A DNA stretch of 64,000 nucleotides from Candidatus Bathyarchaeia archaeon (GCA_049521795.1 JBEKOM010000009.1:1-64000); one strand, 5' to 3'; counted from the first letter of the stretch, positions 47,586 through 57,027 are shown. Translations and numbers: made by a program. The notes: generated by a model from the letters alone, not told the origin.

Positions 47586-48356
47586 CTAATGGTAAGTGTG
47601 TTCCTCGTCTGGGTATTTGCCCGTGGAGACTTCTTTGATGAACTTTGCCACGGCTTCCGTTATCGTCTCGTTCAGATTCGCATACAGCTTTACATATTTC
47701 GGTTTGAAGGCCTCGTTTAAACCGAGCACGTCATTTACAACCAAGACCTGCCCGTCACAGTGTTTTCCGGCTCCGATGCCTATTGTGGGAACGGTTACGG
47801 ATTCGGTTATCGTTTTTGCCAGACTTTCAGGAATGCATTCTAGCACTATGGAAAACACGCCGAGTCTGTCCAGAGCCTGAGCGTCCTCCAAGATCTGTGC
47901 GGCTTCTTCAGGATTTTTTCCTTTAACGTGGTAAGCTTCTGCCATTTGAGGGAGCATTCCGACGTGACCCATCACGGGAATTCCGCTGCTTATCATGGCT
48001 CTTATGGCATCTGTTTTCTTTCCTTCGATCTTGACTCCGTGCGCTCCTGCTTCGAGAAATCGTCTGGCGTTCTTTAGGCAGTCTTGTACGGCGTTGCAGC
48101 TGTTGATCGGCATGTCTCCGATTATCGGCTTGGATTTGACTCCTCTTGCCACTGCCTTCGTGTGAAAAATCATGTCTGCCATCGTCACGCTCTTGGTGTC
48201 GCTGTAACCCTGCACAACCATGCCTGAACTGTCGCCTACAAGAATCAAATCGACGTCAGTGTGATCAAGTATCCTGCCCATCTGAAAGTCGTAGGCCGTC
48301 AGCATCGTGATTTTTTCTCTGCCTTTCTTTTGCTTAATCTTCTCTTGGAAATTCAC
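47586..48356 (-). CDS. panB: Ketopantoate hydroxymethyltransferase
   Basis: 'ITMLTAYD', 'LVGDS', 'GDMP', 'VKIEG', 'GHVG', 'GIGAG', 'DGQVLV'. Confidence 0.96.
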   Translation of the reverse strand: MNFQEKIKQKKGREKITMLTAYDFQMGRILDHTDVDLILVGDSSGMVVQGYSDTKSVTMADMIFHTKAVARGVKSKPIIGDMPINSCNAVQDCLKNARRFLEAGAHGVKIEGKKTDAIRAMISSGIPVMGHVGMLPQMAEAYHVKGKNPEEAAQILEDAQALDRLGVFSIVLECIPESLAKTITESVTVPTIGIGAGKHCDGQVLVVNDVLGLNEAFKPKYVKLYANLNETITEAVAKFIKEVSTGKYPDEEHTYH

Positions 48357-49242
48357 GTTTTTCCTCCAGAAATTTTATGAGATGAACGAGGGTTTCGTTA
48401 ACTGGTGTTAGGATATGGTGTCTTGCACCTAGCTCAACTATTCTTCCGTTGAGGAAGTCAATTTCCGTTCTTTTCCCCCTCATTATGTCTTGGCACATAG
48501 AAGAGTAATTTGCGTAGCTGATGATCTCTTTGCCTATTTCTTTTTCTAAATCCTTCGGAAAGGTTACGCCTTCAGCGTTTCCAACTTGGACGCATTCTCG
48601 GATAATCTGATGCCTGACCTCTGCTAGAGGCTGCGTGAAGATTTCGCGATTTCTAACGCGAAAGATTGCGGTCAGCGGGTTTATCACGCTGTTGAGGACG
48701 ATCTTTCTCCAAGTCTCGTTGTTGATGTTCTTGGAAACGCGTGTTTCGAGACCGGAGTTATTCATCACGGCTGCGATTTCCTCCCCCACACCATCGCGTT
48801 CGATTGCAGTTTCACCTGTCCAATACTTTACTTCTCCTGCCTGGAAGAACTCTGCCGCCATGCTTGTTATTCCCCTCAAAACCTTAGCCTTGTGGCCCAC
48901 AGCGCGTTTGACAATCTCTTCGTTTTCAAGACCATTCTGCAGAACCAGAATGACCGTGTCCTTCCTGAGAAGTCTACTTATTCCTTCCACCGCCTTTTCC
49001 GAGTCGTAAGCCTTTGTGGTAAGGAAAATCAGAGTTCTCTGAGGTATTTCTCGAATTTGCGCGTCAGCCTCCAAACGAAAAGTTTCATTAATGTTACTTG
49101 AGACTAGTAGACCCTTTGATCTTACGGCGTCTACGTGTGCCTCATTTCCTATTAGAGTTACATCGTTCTTTTTTGACAGAAGAGCGCCGATGACACTTCC
49201 TATGGCGCCAGCGCCTAGGATGAAGATCTTGTTGAATGTCAC
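48334..49242 (-). CDS. panE: Ketopantoate reductase
   Basis: 'GAGAIG', 'TKAYD', 'LQNG', 'WRK..N..IN', 'SSMCQD', 'TEIDFLNG'. Confidence 0.95.
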   Translation of the reverse strand: MTFNKIFILGAGAIGSVIGALLSKKNDVTLIGNEAHVDAVRSKGLLVSSNINETFRLEADAQIREIPQRTLIFLTTKAYDSEKAVEGISRLLRKDTVILVLQNGLENEEIVKRAVGHKAKVLRGITSMAAEFFQAGEVKYWTGETAIERDGVGEEIAAVMNNSGLETRVSKNINNETWRKIVLNSVINPLTAIFRVRNREIFTQPLAEVRHQIIRECVQVGNAEGVTFPKDLEKEIGKEIISYANYSSMCQDIMRGKRTEIDFLNGRIVELGARHHILTPVNETLVHLIKFLEEKREFPRED

Positions 49243-50033
49243 ATTGCTCGCCCTCGCTCAGTAGCCCCTTCTGCTGCGAACTTCGAGAGATTTTCTCTGA
49301 TCAATACCATGGATTTGGCAAGGTTTTTCCCGTTGTTAAAGTTTCTCAGGATTTCTCTGCAATTGCCCATTCCTTGATTTTTCAGCTTCTCAACAGTTTC
49401 GACAAGCGTCGGTATTGATCTCACGACGTTATCGACAATCGTGATCGTCGCTTTTTGCGCTGTCCGAGAAAGAGGGTTCAAGTCTACTGCTATCACCTTT
49501 TTCCCAATCTTGACAAGAGCCTCCGTCCTATCTCCATCTTCCAACGGCACCATAACCACGTCAGCCGCAAGTATCCCCCTCGGATCAACGCGCCGCCTCT
49601 CGCTGCTTAGCTCCGGAATTCTTGCAGACGCTTTTTTTCCTACGCCAAAGATTTCACGTGCGCCTGCTTTTTCAAGCAACTTCTTTATTGCAAGCTCCCT
49701 TGCGCGGGATCTGTAGAAGAGGTTGACTTCAATCTTCGAACCTGTAACGTTAGCGAGCTTCACAACTTCTTCAGCAACTAAAGCCGCAGTATTCCCGTTG
49801 ACGGAGATAACGGGGTTTCTTGCTGTCAGAAACATGGCTGCTGCAGCTTCAATGGCTTCCAGAGCCGGTTTGCTGGTTTTTTCGCCCAGCAAGTAATCGA
49901 AGGCTTCTCCGCGTCCGTGCGCGATGAGGCCTGAAGCAGCGACAATTCCTTCGAGATAACTGTTGATCAGCTTCTCCCGTGTGAATAGGGACTTTGCTCT
50001 AGGATGATCATCAGGGATTTTGGCATCAGTCAC
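49239..50033 (-). CDS. pps: Phosphopantothenate synthetase (archaeal)
   Basis: 'HPRAKSL..RE', 'GLIAHGRGEAFDYLLGE', 'SVNGN', 'EVNLFYR', 'PLEDGDR', 'DLNPLSRT'. Confidence 0.95.
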   Translation of the reverse strand: MTDAKIPDDHPRAKSLFTREKLINSYLEGIVAASGLIAHGRGEAFDYLLGEKTSKPALEAIEAAAAMFLTARNPVISVNGNTAALVAEEVVKLANVTGSKIEVNLFYRSRARELAIKKLLEKAGAREIFGVGKKASARIPELSSERRRVDPRGILAADVVMVPLEDGDRTEALVKIGKKVIAVDLNPLSRTAQKATITIVDNVVRSIPTLVETVEKLKNQGMGNCREILRNFNNGKNLAKSMVLIRENLSKFAAEGATERGRAM

Positions 50034-50971
50034 TGAAGTCGCGCTCCTTCATGATCCACCTTGCTCACGACTGTATGACCGCCTGAGCCATATTTACGGA
50101 AGACCTCAAGAATTCGCCCGAGCCTATCTTCGTCGGTTATCGTGAAAGCGCATTCTCCGAACATCGGCATGCTGCACACTACTCCTGCTTCGTCCGCCGC
50201 GTTCAAGATGTTTCTGACTTTCCCTGTTATCAGTCCAACATGTTCAGCGAACTGCCGAGATAGTCTCATGAAGTTGGTGATGGTTGGTGCTTTGACCAAT
50301 TCGTCCACTAGTTCCCCGCCAAACCTGTTTATTCGCAAGCGAGTTTCCGGGTCGGTCAAATACTTTCTCGTGGAAAGGGGTCCGAAAACATGGCAGGCAA
50401 CCACAGCGTTTTCTATGATCGGAAGGCACTTAATCTCCCCGATTCCAGGCGCTCCGGGTTTGACCCTGATTTCAAACCCGCCGAACGTTTCGGCTATGAC
50501 TGTTCCAAGCCCAGTCCTGCATTCAATTTCAGCGATATGCGCAATTTGGGCACACTGTGTTTTGGTCATGTCTAATCCAAGGGCTTCGTTCAAGGCAAGT
50601 CCAAGACTTAACGCGCCAGCTCCACTCGTCCCAAACCCCGCACCTATAGGAGCCTCTACCTGATGCTCAACTGTAATCTCAAAGTGAGATGCCTCGCTCA
50701 ACCGCGAAAGAAAAGCGCTGACAACACGCTCTGACAGCTCCGCACAGTCTGTAGCTTGATGGTTGATGTTGACTCGCAAACGGTGCACGGGACGTTTTTC
50801 GACTTTAACGGCCGTCTTGACACCTAAAGCCAATGAAACGCCAGCACCTTTGGAACCCGAGCATAAAATGTCTCCGGATTGATCAAATATCTGGAATATC
50901 CCCGTGATGTGGCATGGTGCAAACGCCGCAGCCTCTCCCATATTCAACGCCCAGAGATCAAGTTTAATCAA
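50030..50971 (-). CDS. pok: Pantoate kinase (GHMP family)
   Basis: 'FAPCHITG.F', 'GSKGAG', 'PIGAGFGTSG', 'AHIAE...TGLG', 'PGAPG'; start probably ATG about 50941. Confidence 0.93.
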   Translation of the reverse strand: MIKLDLWALNMGEAAAFAPCHITGIFQIFDQSGDILCSGSKGAGVSLALGVKTAVKVEKRPVHRLRVNINHQATDCAELSERVVSAFLSRLSEASHFEITVEHQVEAPIGAGFGTSGAGALSLGLALNEALGLDMTKTQCAQIAHIAEIECRTGLGTVIAETFGGFEIRVKPGAPGIGEIKCLPIIENAVVACHVFGPLSTRKYLTDPETRLRINRFGGELVDELVKAPTITNFMRLSRQFAEHVGLITGKVRNILNAADEAGVVCSMPMFGECAFTITDEDRLGRILEVFRKYGSGGHTVVSKVDHEGARLQ

Positions 50972-51054
50972 ATGGCTTCAAATAAAAATTCTGTATGGAT
51001 AGTTTAAACATGTATAAACTCACCATGGTTTTTGCTGAACCATGCTAAAGATTG

Positions 51055-51340
51055 CATTCAAACTCTGCATCGACCAGGCCGATGCTTCTCCTACGTCGTA
51101 GGCCACTCTCATCGTGAAACCTTCGTTTGAACTGTTGAAGAGCTTGCTTTCCAAGTCTATTTAGATCAGCGTGTTCTGAAAGGTCTTATGGCCTAGAAGC
51201 CTTTGAACATGCAGAATGTCTTTGGTCCTGTGGTATTTCGTTGTTCCTAAACAATGTCGGAACGTGATGAAGGTGATGTCTAACAGTCGTGGATTTGCAA
51301 GTTTCTTAGCCGTTGTCTTTCGTTTGTAAGATCGTTTGTA
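51055..51340 (-). pseudogene. Decayed tyrosine integrase, C-terminal catalytic region (not in ORF track)
   Basis: Manual translation from 51322: RKTTAKKLANPRLLDITFITFRHCLGTTKYHRTKDILHVQRLLGHKTFQNTLI*IDLESK...; H-x-x-R box degraded to ITFRH, LGH present, catalytic Tyr replaced by TAA (51161-51163), frameshift further on. Confidence 0.85.
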
Positions 51341-51406
51341 GCAGAAAGCTCTGCTGGGAAAGAAATCGTAAAGATTCTTTCCGAGTAGCGCCTGTTAAGA
51401 TACGCT

Positions 51407-52741
51407 TCAAGGATTCGAGGTTTGAGCGTTTGTTTTTAATGGGCAGCCTGCTCCGCATATGTTTAGGCTTGGGCACTGGTAGCATTTGTCTGGGGCATAT
51501 TTTCTTTCTCTAAGTTTCTTGCAGATTGGGTTTTGCCAGATTTTTTTCCAGTTGTCTTTGAGGATGTTGCCCAGTGGGGCTATCGAGTAGCTTTGGCAGG
51601 GAATCACGGTTCCGTCGGGTTCGATGGCCATGTTTATTCGGCAGGCACTGCAGCTCTTTATTCCCAACTCAAGCTGGAGTGGGTTCACTTCGCAGTATTG
51701 GGTGGGCGTGTACCACGTGAACTCCATACTCAGCTGTCTAGCCTTTTCCTTTATGCGGTTCAGAACAGGTTCTAACGATGTTTCTTCTAACGCGAAACTC
51801 TTGGCAACCTCAGGAGCCTTTCCCGAATAGATCAAGCTGTTGCACGCAAACTGCTTAACTCCCAAACCGTGTAAAAACTCTATGGTCGCTTCCACATCTT
51901 TAACGTTATACTGGCTTAGCGTAGTGTTGCTAACCGTGTAAATCGGCGAAGCGAGAGCGTTCTTCAGGCCTTGAACAGTCTCGTTCCAGCTTCCATCAGC
52001 GCCGGTAATTTTATCATGCACTTTCGGATCGTGAGACTCAACAGTGATCTGAACATGATCTAAACCCGCATCAGTGAGCGATTGCAGGTACGCCTTGTCT
52101 TTCAGTTTTCGCCCATTGGTCACCAGACCGCTAACCAACTCCATCTTCCGCGTGTAGGCAATCAACGTGGCCAAATCATCCCTGAGAGTCGGTTCGCCAC
52201 CCGTGAAAACCACTTGAGGAATACCAAGCGTGCGAAGCTTGTCAATTCCTCTGAGCCATTCTTCAGTGGTCAGTTCGCTTGTTTGTCTTGGGCCTCCGGC
52301 ATAACAGTGAATGCACTTGTTGTTGCAGCGATAAGTTAAGGCTATGTCCATTCGGTAGGGTGCGCTCAATTCTTTCTGGAACGGCTCAATCTTATCAACG
52401 TTAAGATAGCTGACCGGACATATGTCGGGCGTCTTCGCAATAGAGTTTACTGCAAATAAGGTTTCCTTAATGTCTTTTCGGGCGGTTTCGGCGTCGACCT
52501 TGTAGCGCTTAAGAAGACTTTTGAGAGTTTGGTCTTCGTTTTCGCCTCTTATGAAGTCGTGCACGATTTCAGTAGCGGTCTTGTTGAGGAAGACGACCCG
52601 AGAAGCGTTTATGACTAGCACGCCCGATCCGTCCTTTTCAAGTCGCAAGTGCAGCCTCAAGCCGCGATAATCGCCCTCTTCGATCCTGAGATGATGCAAC
52701 GATTCTCTTGGTTTTGCTCTTAGCCAATCAACTATTCCCAA
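51407..52741 (-). CDS. Radical SAM/SPASM enzyme with N-terminal PqqD/RRE-like domain
   Basis: 'CNNKCIHC', 'FTGGEP', SPASM 'CSAC...DGTVIPC...CYQC.....CGAGCP'; N-terminal 'LNKTATEI...LLKRYKVDAETARKD' matches the PqqD pattern. Confidence 0.9.
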   Translation of the reverse strand: MGIVDWLRAKPRESLHHLRIEEGDYRGLRLHLRLEKDGSGVLVINASRVVFLNKTATEIVHDFIRGENEDQTLKSLLKRYKVDAETARKDIKETLFAVNSIAKTPDICPVSYLNVDKIEPFQKELSAPYRMDIALTYRCNNKCIHCYAGGPRQTSELTTEEWLRGIDKLRTLGIPQVVFTGGEPTLRDDLATLIAYTRKMELVSGLVTNGRKLKDKAYLQSLTDAGLDHVQITVESHDPKVHDKITGADGSWNETVQGLKNALASPIYTVSNTTLSQYNVKDVEATIEFLHGLGVKQFACNSLIYSGKAPEVAKSFALEETSLEPVLNRIKEKARQLSMEFTWYTPTQYCEVNPLQLELGIKSCSACRINMAIEPDGTVIPCQSYSIAPLGNILKDNWKKIWQNPICKKLRERKYAPDKCYQCPSLNICGAGCPLKTNAQTSNP

Positions 52742-54370
52742 CTACCTTGCACCTCCACCCGCACAGGCACACGCGCAGCTCACACAAGCACACGCGCAAG
52801 CACAAGCATGACACGCGCAAACACAAGACGGCCTACCAGCAACTGACCCCTCTTTAGGAGCGGTCTGGAACGGAATCAGCTTGTTGGCAAACTCCTGCAT
52901 ATTCTTCACCATGTTGTTTGACGTAGTCTGAAGACCCCGCACGACGTTGTTGGCGAAATCCTGGCCAGGCAGCGGTGCCGTCTTAAGGGGAGCTGATGTT
53001 GGCGCGGTTTGCGAAGGGGGCTGTAAGGGGGTCTTTTGGCCAGACGGAAAATGTGGACCGCTCCAGTACCACCACCACGCTGGGTTTGGATAAATAATTA
53101 TTGTCGCCGGAAAAGCCGTCGTGAGGCGATCGTCAAACTTCTCATCCGCCAAGAGCCAATCTAGGCTCTTGTCTAACGCATCGCCCTTGAGCTCGGGGGT
53201 CCCCGCCTGCGCAACCTGTGTCCACGCTTTATCAACAACCGACTTGTAATAATTCATAGTGTCCTCTCTGGAGTAGCCGCGCAACTTTTTGTTTACCATG
53301 TCTACAAGGCCTCGGTACGCGCGGGCAAGAGCCGTCTCGTCAAGAGTCCCATCCGGTTGAATGGCAGTTAGATAGTCGATCTCGTAGTACCGTGGCAATG
53401 AGACTGATTCGCCTTGTGGCTTTTCGAGTTTCTTGAGTTTGATAAGCGGGTCCGTTTCCACCACGGCAACCATACGCTTCAGGAGAAGACCGTACAGCAT
53501 CATAGTGAGGACCCGAACTGGTTTTAGTCCCATGACAAGTCCAGCCTCCACGGCCGTTAGACTCCTGTTGGCGCCTAAGGCTTCGATAGAAATGCGGGGG
53601 TTCACATAAGCTGCCTTAGCGCGGGCGAAAATGTAAGCGACCACAAACAAAAGGACCACAATAACAGCGATAACTTCAGGTAATATGGTCAAAAAATCAG
53701 GCGGTTGGACCACATACTTTTCTGGGAAGGACACGCCAGAATCGAACGTTTGGCTTGGTGGCCAAGCAGTCCTGTTCCAATAGACCGCTGTCCTGTTCTC
53801 ATCTACGAAAACGTTGTCAAAGGGCAAGCCCTTTGGGTACCTCACCTCACTAGTTTGTACGCCAGGCGGAAGAACAATTTCCACACGAAAATCCGCTATT
53901 GATCCAATGGCAGACGTAAAATTGCTTGGAAAGAACTGCACACCGTCATATCCAAGAGTGTTGTTATCCGGAGAAATCATGCCTTGAACAGTTGCATAAA
54001 CAATGAACGTGATAGGCTGGTTGAGGACGACGGGTTTTTTCAGGGACACCCGAATGCCGTAATAGTCACCAGCAGAAATATCCTGATATTGAAGCGATAA
54101 ACCGGAAAGGTCCTCAACATAACTAACTTGGAAGCCTCCTTTGGGCATTCCAACGTCGAACAAGCCCTGCGGCGAACCCGAGAGATATGTAAACGTAATG
54201 TTGTACAGGAAGTTCACTGAGCTATCTGCGTTGATCCATACTTTCGTCCACTCCTGACTCACACTATATGTCATGCCCTGAGCCTCCACAAGAGGCACGA
54301 ACGCCAAGAATAACATGCCCAAAACGGTCAGTAATACGCCTAAACCAGCAAGCTTTTTGCCCGCTACCAT
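52742..54370 (-). CDS. Membrane protein: signal peptide, extracellular beta domain (DUF2207-like), TM helix, cytoplasmic domain and 10-Cys C-terminal tail
   Basis: Signal 'MVAGKKLAGLGVLLTVLGMLFLAFVPLVEA', TM 'VIAVIVVLLFVVAYIF', tail SCVCACHACACACACVSCACACAGGGAR checked against the DNA at 52742-52828. Confidence 0.85.
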   Translation of the reverse strand: MVAGKKLAGLGVLLTVLGMLFLAFVPLVEAQGMTYSVSQEWTKVWINADSSVNFLYNITFTYLSGSPQGLFDVGMPKGGFQVSYVEDLSGLSLQYQDISAGDYYGIRVSLKKPVVLNQPITFIVYATVQGMISPDNNTLGYDGVQFFPSNFTSAIGSIADFRVEIVLPPGVQTSEVRYPKGLPFDNVFVDENRTAVYWNRTAWPPSQTFDSGVSFPEKYVVQPPDFLTILPEVIAVIVVLLFVVAYIFARAKAAYVNPRISIEALGANRSLTAVEAGLVMGLKPVRVLTMMLYGLLLKRMVAVVETDPLIKLKKLEKPQGESVSLPRYYEIDYLTAIQPDGTLDETALARAYRGLVDMVNKKLRGYSREDTMNYYKSVVDKAWTQVAQAGTPELKGDALDKSLDWLLADEKFDDRLTTAFPATIIIYPNPAWWWYWSGPHFPSGQKTPLQPPSQTAPTSAPLKTAPLPGQDFANNVVRGLQTTSNNMVKNMQEFANKLIPFQTAPKEGSVAGRPSCVCACHACACACACVSCACACAGGGAR

Positions 54371-54711
54371 GTTGGCTCCTCAGTAAGTTCAAACTTGTTG
54401 CGGCAATAGCTACAGGTGACGAACGGTTTTCCGTCAACAACTTCGGTTTTCGTCGGATCCACCAAGGCGTTGCAGTTGGGACAGTGTATCTCCTTCACTT
54501 TTAGCGGTCCCGTAACCGTCACCGTCTGCTTAATCTCCAAAGGTTTCTTTTCCCGACCTAAGAAAAGCAACAAGCCCGCGACTATCAGGAAGGCTAATCC
54601 TTCAAAAAAATAGACGATCCCAAGGTTAACCGAGATCATGAAAATCAAACCCAGAAAAACCAGCACTGCAGAAACCACGTAGATCAGTATTCTTACTGAA
54701 ACTCGAACCAT
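54364..54711 (-). CDS. Small membrane protein with C-terminal zinc ribbon
   Basis: Two TM helices, then 'CPNC...CSYC...EEPTW'; its stop overlaps the start of the next gene. Confidence 0.85.
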   Translation of the reverse strand: MVRVSVRILIYVVSAVLVFLGLIFMISVNLGIVYFFEGLAFLIVAGLLLFLGREKKPLEIKQTVTVTGPLKVKEIHCPNCNALVDPTKTEVVDGKPFVTCSYCRNKFELTEEPTW

Positions 54712-55025
54712 CCAATGATACCTTCAAACCAATCTCATCTCAACCCAGCAGAGTTATAACATTTGCTAAGTCGTTTTTTGCATATGTAGCACGCACGGGT
54801 AAGTTTCTCGCATATGTTCGATACGTTTTCCCTGAACCTCTGCAAAGAACAGGAAAAAAGGGGTTGCGCTGGAAACATCTCACCCTTGCATTGTCTGCTT
54901 AGCCACTTAGACCCATCTTCGCTTCGTGTGCCACCTAAACATGCTAGACTCGCCCGTCCGATGCTTTCGAGCCGCTTAAATATGGAAACGCCTACTTCGT
55001 ACTAAACGCGAATCGAGGCGCCTGA

Positions 55026-55715
55026 ATGATTGAAAACCATTCTTCTCGGCACGTGTTCACGCTGCTTAAGCTGGCCGAAATGGGGGCCCATCGAAGAACT
55101 GCCAAAATATCCACTGAGTACCTGGCTCAGAAGCTGAGCATATCTCAGCAGACAGCGTCGAGATATCTTATCGAGCTTGACCGTAAGGGATGGATCAACA
55201 GGACCATAACGCCTGAGGGCTGCCTCATAAGAATCACGCAGACAGGCATCACAGAGTTGAACAAGCTCTATTCAACCCTGCGCTTCCTGATGGAGGCAAC
55301 CTATCCACCGTCGATAACGCTGGAGGGAACGGTTTTCACCGGCCTCGGTGAAGGAGCCTACTACATCTCAAAAGAAGGATACAGAAAGCAGTTCATCGAG
55401 AAACTGGGGTTTGACCCTTACCCTGGAACCCTTAACCTGCGGCTCACAACTGATTATGACGTCAAGGCTCGAAACGAACTTGAAGCTTACCCCGCTGTGG
55501 AGATTGAAGGCTTCAAGAGTGAAGACCGAACGTTCGGACCGGTGAAATGCTACCCTGTGATAATAGATAACAAGGCAAAAGGCGCCTTGATCCTAGCGCT
55601 CAGAAGTCACTACGATGCTTCCGTGCTCGAAATCATCGCTCCAATTCCCCTGAGAAAGCACCTCAAGCTTAAGGATGGACACAAGGCTAAAGTTGAAGTC
55701 TTAACCCTCCCATAA
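55026..55715 (+). CDS. ribK: CTP-dependent riboflavin kinase with N-terminal HTH (RbkR-type)
   Basis: HTH 'LSISQQTASRYL', 'GLGEGAYY', 'PYPGTLN', 'LEIIAP..LR'. Confidence 0.95.
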   Translation: MIENHSSRHVFTLLKLAEMGAHRRTAKISTEYLAQKLSISQQTASRYLIELDRKGWINRTITPEGCLIRITQTGITELNKLYSTLRFLMEATYPPSITLEGTVFTGLGEGAYYISKEGYRKQFIEKLGFDPYPGTLNLRLTTDYDVKARNELEAYPAVEIEGFKSEDRTFGPVKCYPVIIDNKAKGALILALRSHYDASVLEIIAPIPLRKHLKLKDGHKAKVEVLTLP

Positions 55716-55896
55716 ACCTGAGCGCGCCGGTAACCCTGCAGCTGATGTGTAAAACAGGTTTCCGTGTTGTTCGAGCCCCAGACATTATCCTCCCGCCTTA
55801 CAGTGGAGGTTCAGTGGAGGTTCTCCGCGTGGACAGTCACATTGCTCTTCTTGACGATGGTTGACAACTATTCGAGCCGTTGAGCCAGAGTTGGCC

Positions 55897-57027
55897 TCAA
55901 GCTGGTTCAATGAAGCCTGTTATCTGCTTCTGACCTTTCTGCAATCCTGCAAAGTTTGAGACCTTAACGCCGACTCTTCGTGTCTCGATCTCAGTGTCGC
56001 TCTGAAACTTTTCAAAAAGCTCGGCCACAGTCTTCTTTATCAAGTCAAGGCTGTTCGACGGGTTTTCGAACGTTCTGGATCTGGTGTGAAGCTTCATGTC
56101 TTTCGTGATGGCGATTATGCTTACTGTTTTGAAAGTGAGTTTTTCCTCCACGAGTCTGTCGTATACGTCGTTGCAGATGCGATCAGTCTGCTCCAGGATC
56201 AGAGCTAGATCCTTTGTGTCCTGTTTCAAAGTGGCAATCCTGCTTATCGATTCTGCTTCGGCCCTTTCTTGGACAGGTTCGTTGTCCACGCCGAGTGACG
56301 CGTTGTGGAAATAGGTTCCAAGGGTCTTGCCGAAGACTGCAATCAACTTCTGCACGTCATAGTTTGCGAGGTCGCAGACCTTGCTTATTCCCAGCGTCTG
56401 CATCTTTTCCAGTGTTTTGGTTCCAACACCGATGAGTCGATTTACCGGAAGTGGAGCCAGGAAACTCTTCACTTGATCGGGTGCTATTACGGTTAGACCG
56501 TCCGGTTTTTTCTCGTCGGAAGCGATCTTTGCGACAAGCTTGTTGGGCCCAACCCCGATTGAACAGGTGAGTCTCTGCTGATTTCGCATCTCAGTCTTTA
56601 TCGCCTCAGCCAACAGCTTGGCTTCTGGAAAACTTCCATGCACCCGTTCGGTCACGTCAAGGTACGCCTCATCAATACCCACCTGTTCGAAGTGGTCAGC
56701 GAAGGCTTCGAGAAGGTTCATCACCTTCCTTGAGACTTCCTCATAGAACAGATGGTCAACGGGCAGAAATGCTGCATCAACGCTTTCGAGTTTCTTTTTG
56801 GCCAAAAAAATCGGCATGCCAGACTTCACTCCATATTTTCTAGCGATGTAATTTGAAGTGCTCACGGCTCCACTGTCTTCGCTGCGCCCAGAATAGACGC
56901 AGACCACTACTGGTTTGTCTCTGAGCACTGGGTTTCGCAGTTCCTCGCATTGAGCAAAGAAGTAGTCCAAGTCAACCAGCATTATGACTCTTGTCGACAA
57001 AGGCTGCCACATTGGATGAAGAATCAA
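55897..57027 (-). CDS. dinB: Y-family DNA polymerase IV
   Basis: 'VDLDYFFAQ', 'NYIARKYGVKSGM', 'IDEAYLD', 'AKIASD..KPDG', C-terminal PIP-like 'QKQITGF'. Confidence 0.95.
   Translation of the reverse strand: MILHPMWQPLSTRVIMLVDLDYFFAQCEELRNPVLRDKPVVVCVYSGRSEDSGAVSTSNYIARKYGVKSGMPIFLAKKKLESVDAAFLPVDHLFYEEVSRKVMNLLEAFADHFEQVGIDEAYLDVTERVHGSFPEAKLLAEAIKTEMRNQQRLTCSIGVGPNKLVAKIASDEKKPDGLTVIAPDQVKSFLAPLPVNRLIGVGTKTLEKMQTLGISKVCDLANYDVQKLIAVFGKTLGTYFHNASLGVDNEPVQERAEAESISRIATLKQDTKDLALILEQTDRICNDVYDRLVEEKLTFKTVSIIAITKDMKLHTRSRTFENPSNSLDLIKKTVAELFEKFQSDTEIETRRVGVKVSNFAGLQKGQKQITGFIEPA

Noticed and set aside
55801-55832. Tandem CAGTGGAGGTT x2, resembling a mini-ORB origin box
   Set aside because: Only a partial match, with no G-string, AT-rich unwinding element or cdc6/orc1 gene nearby.
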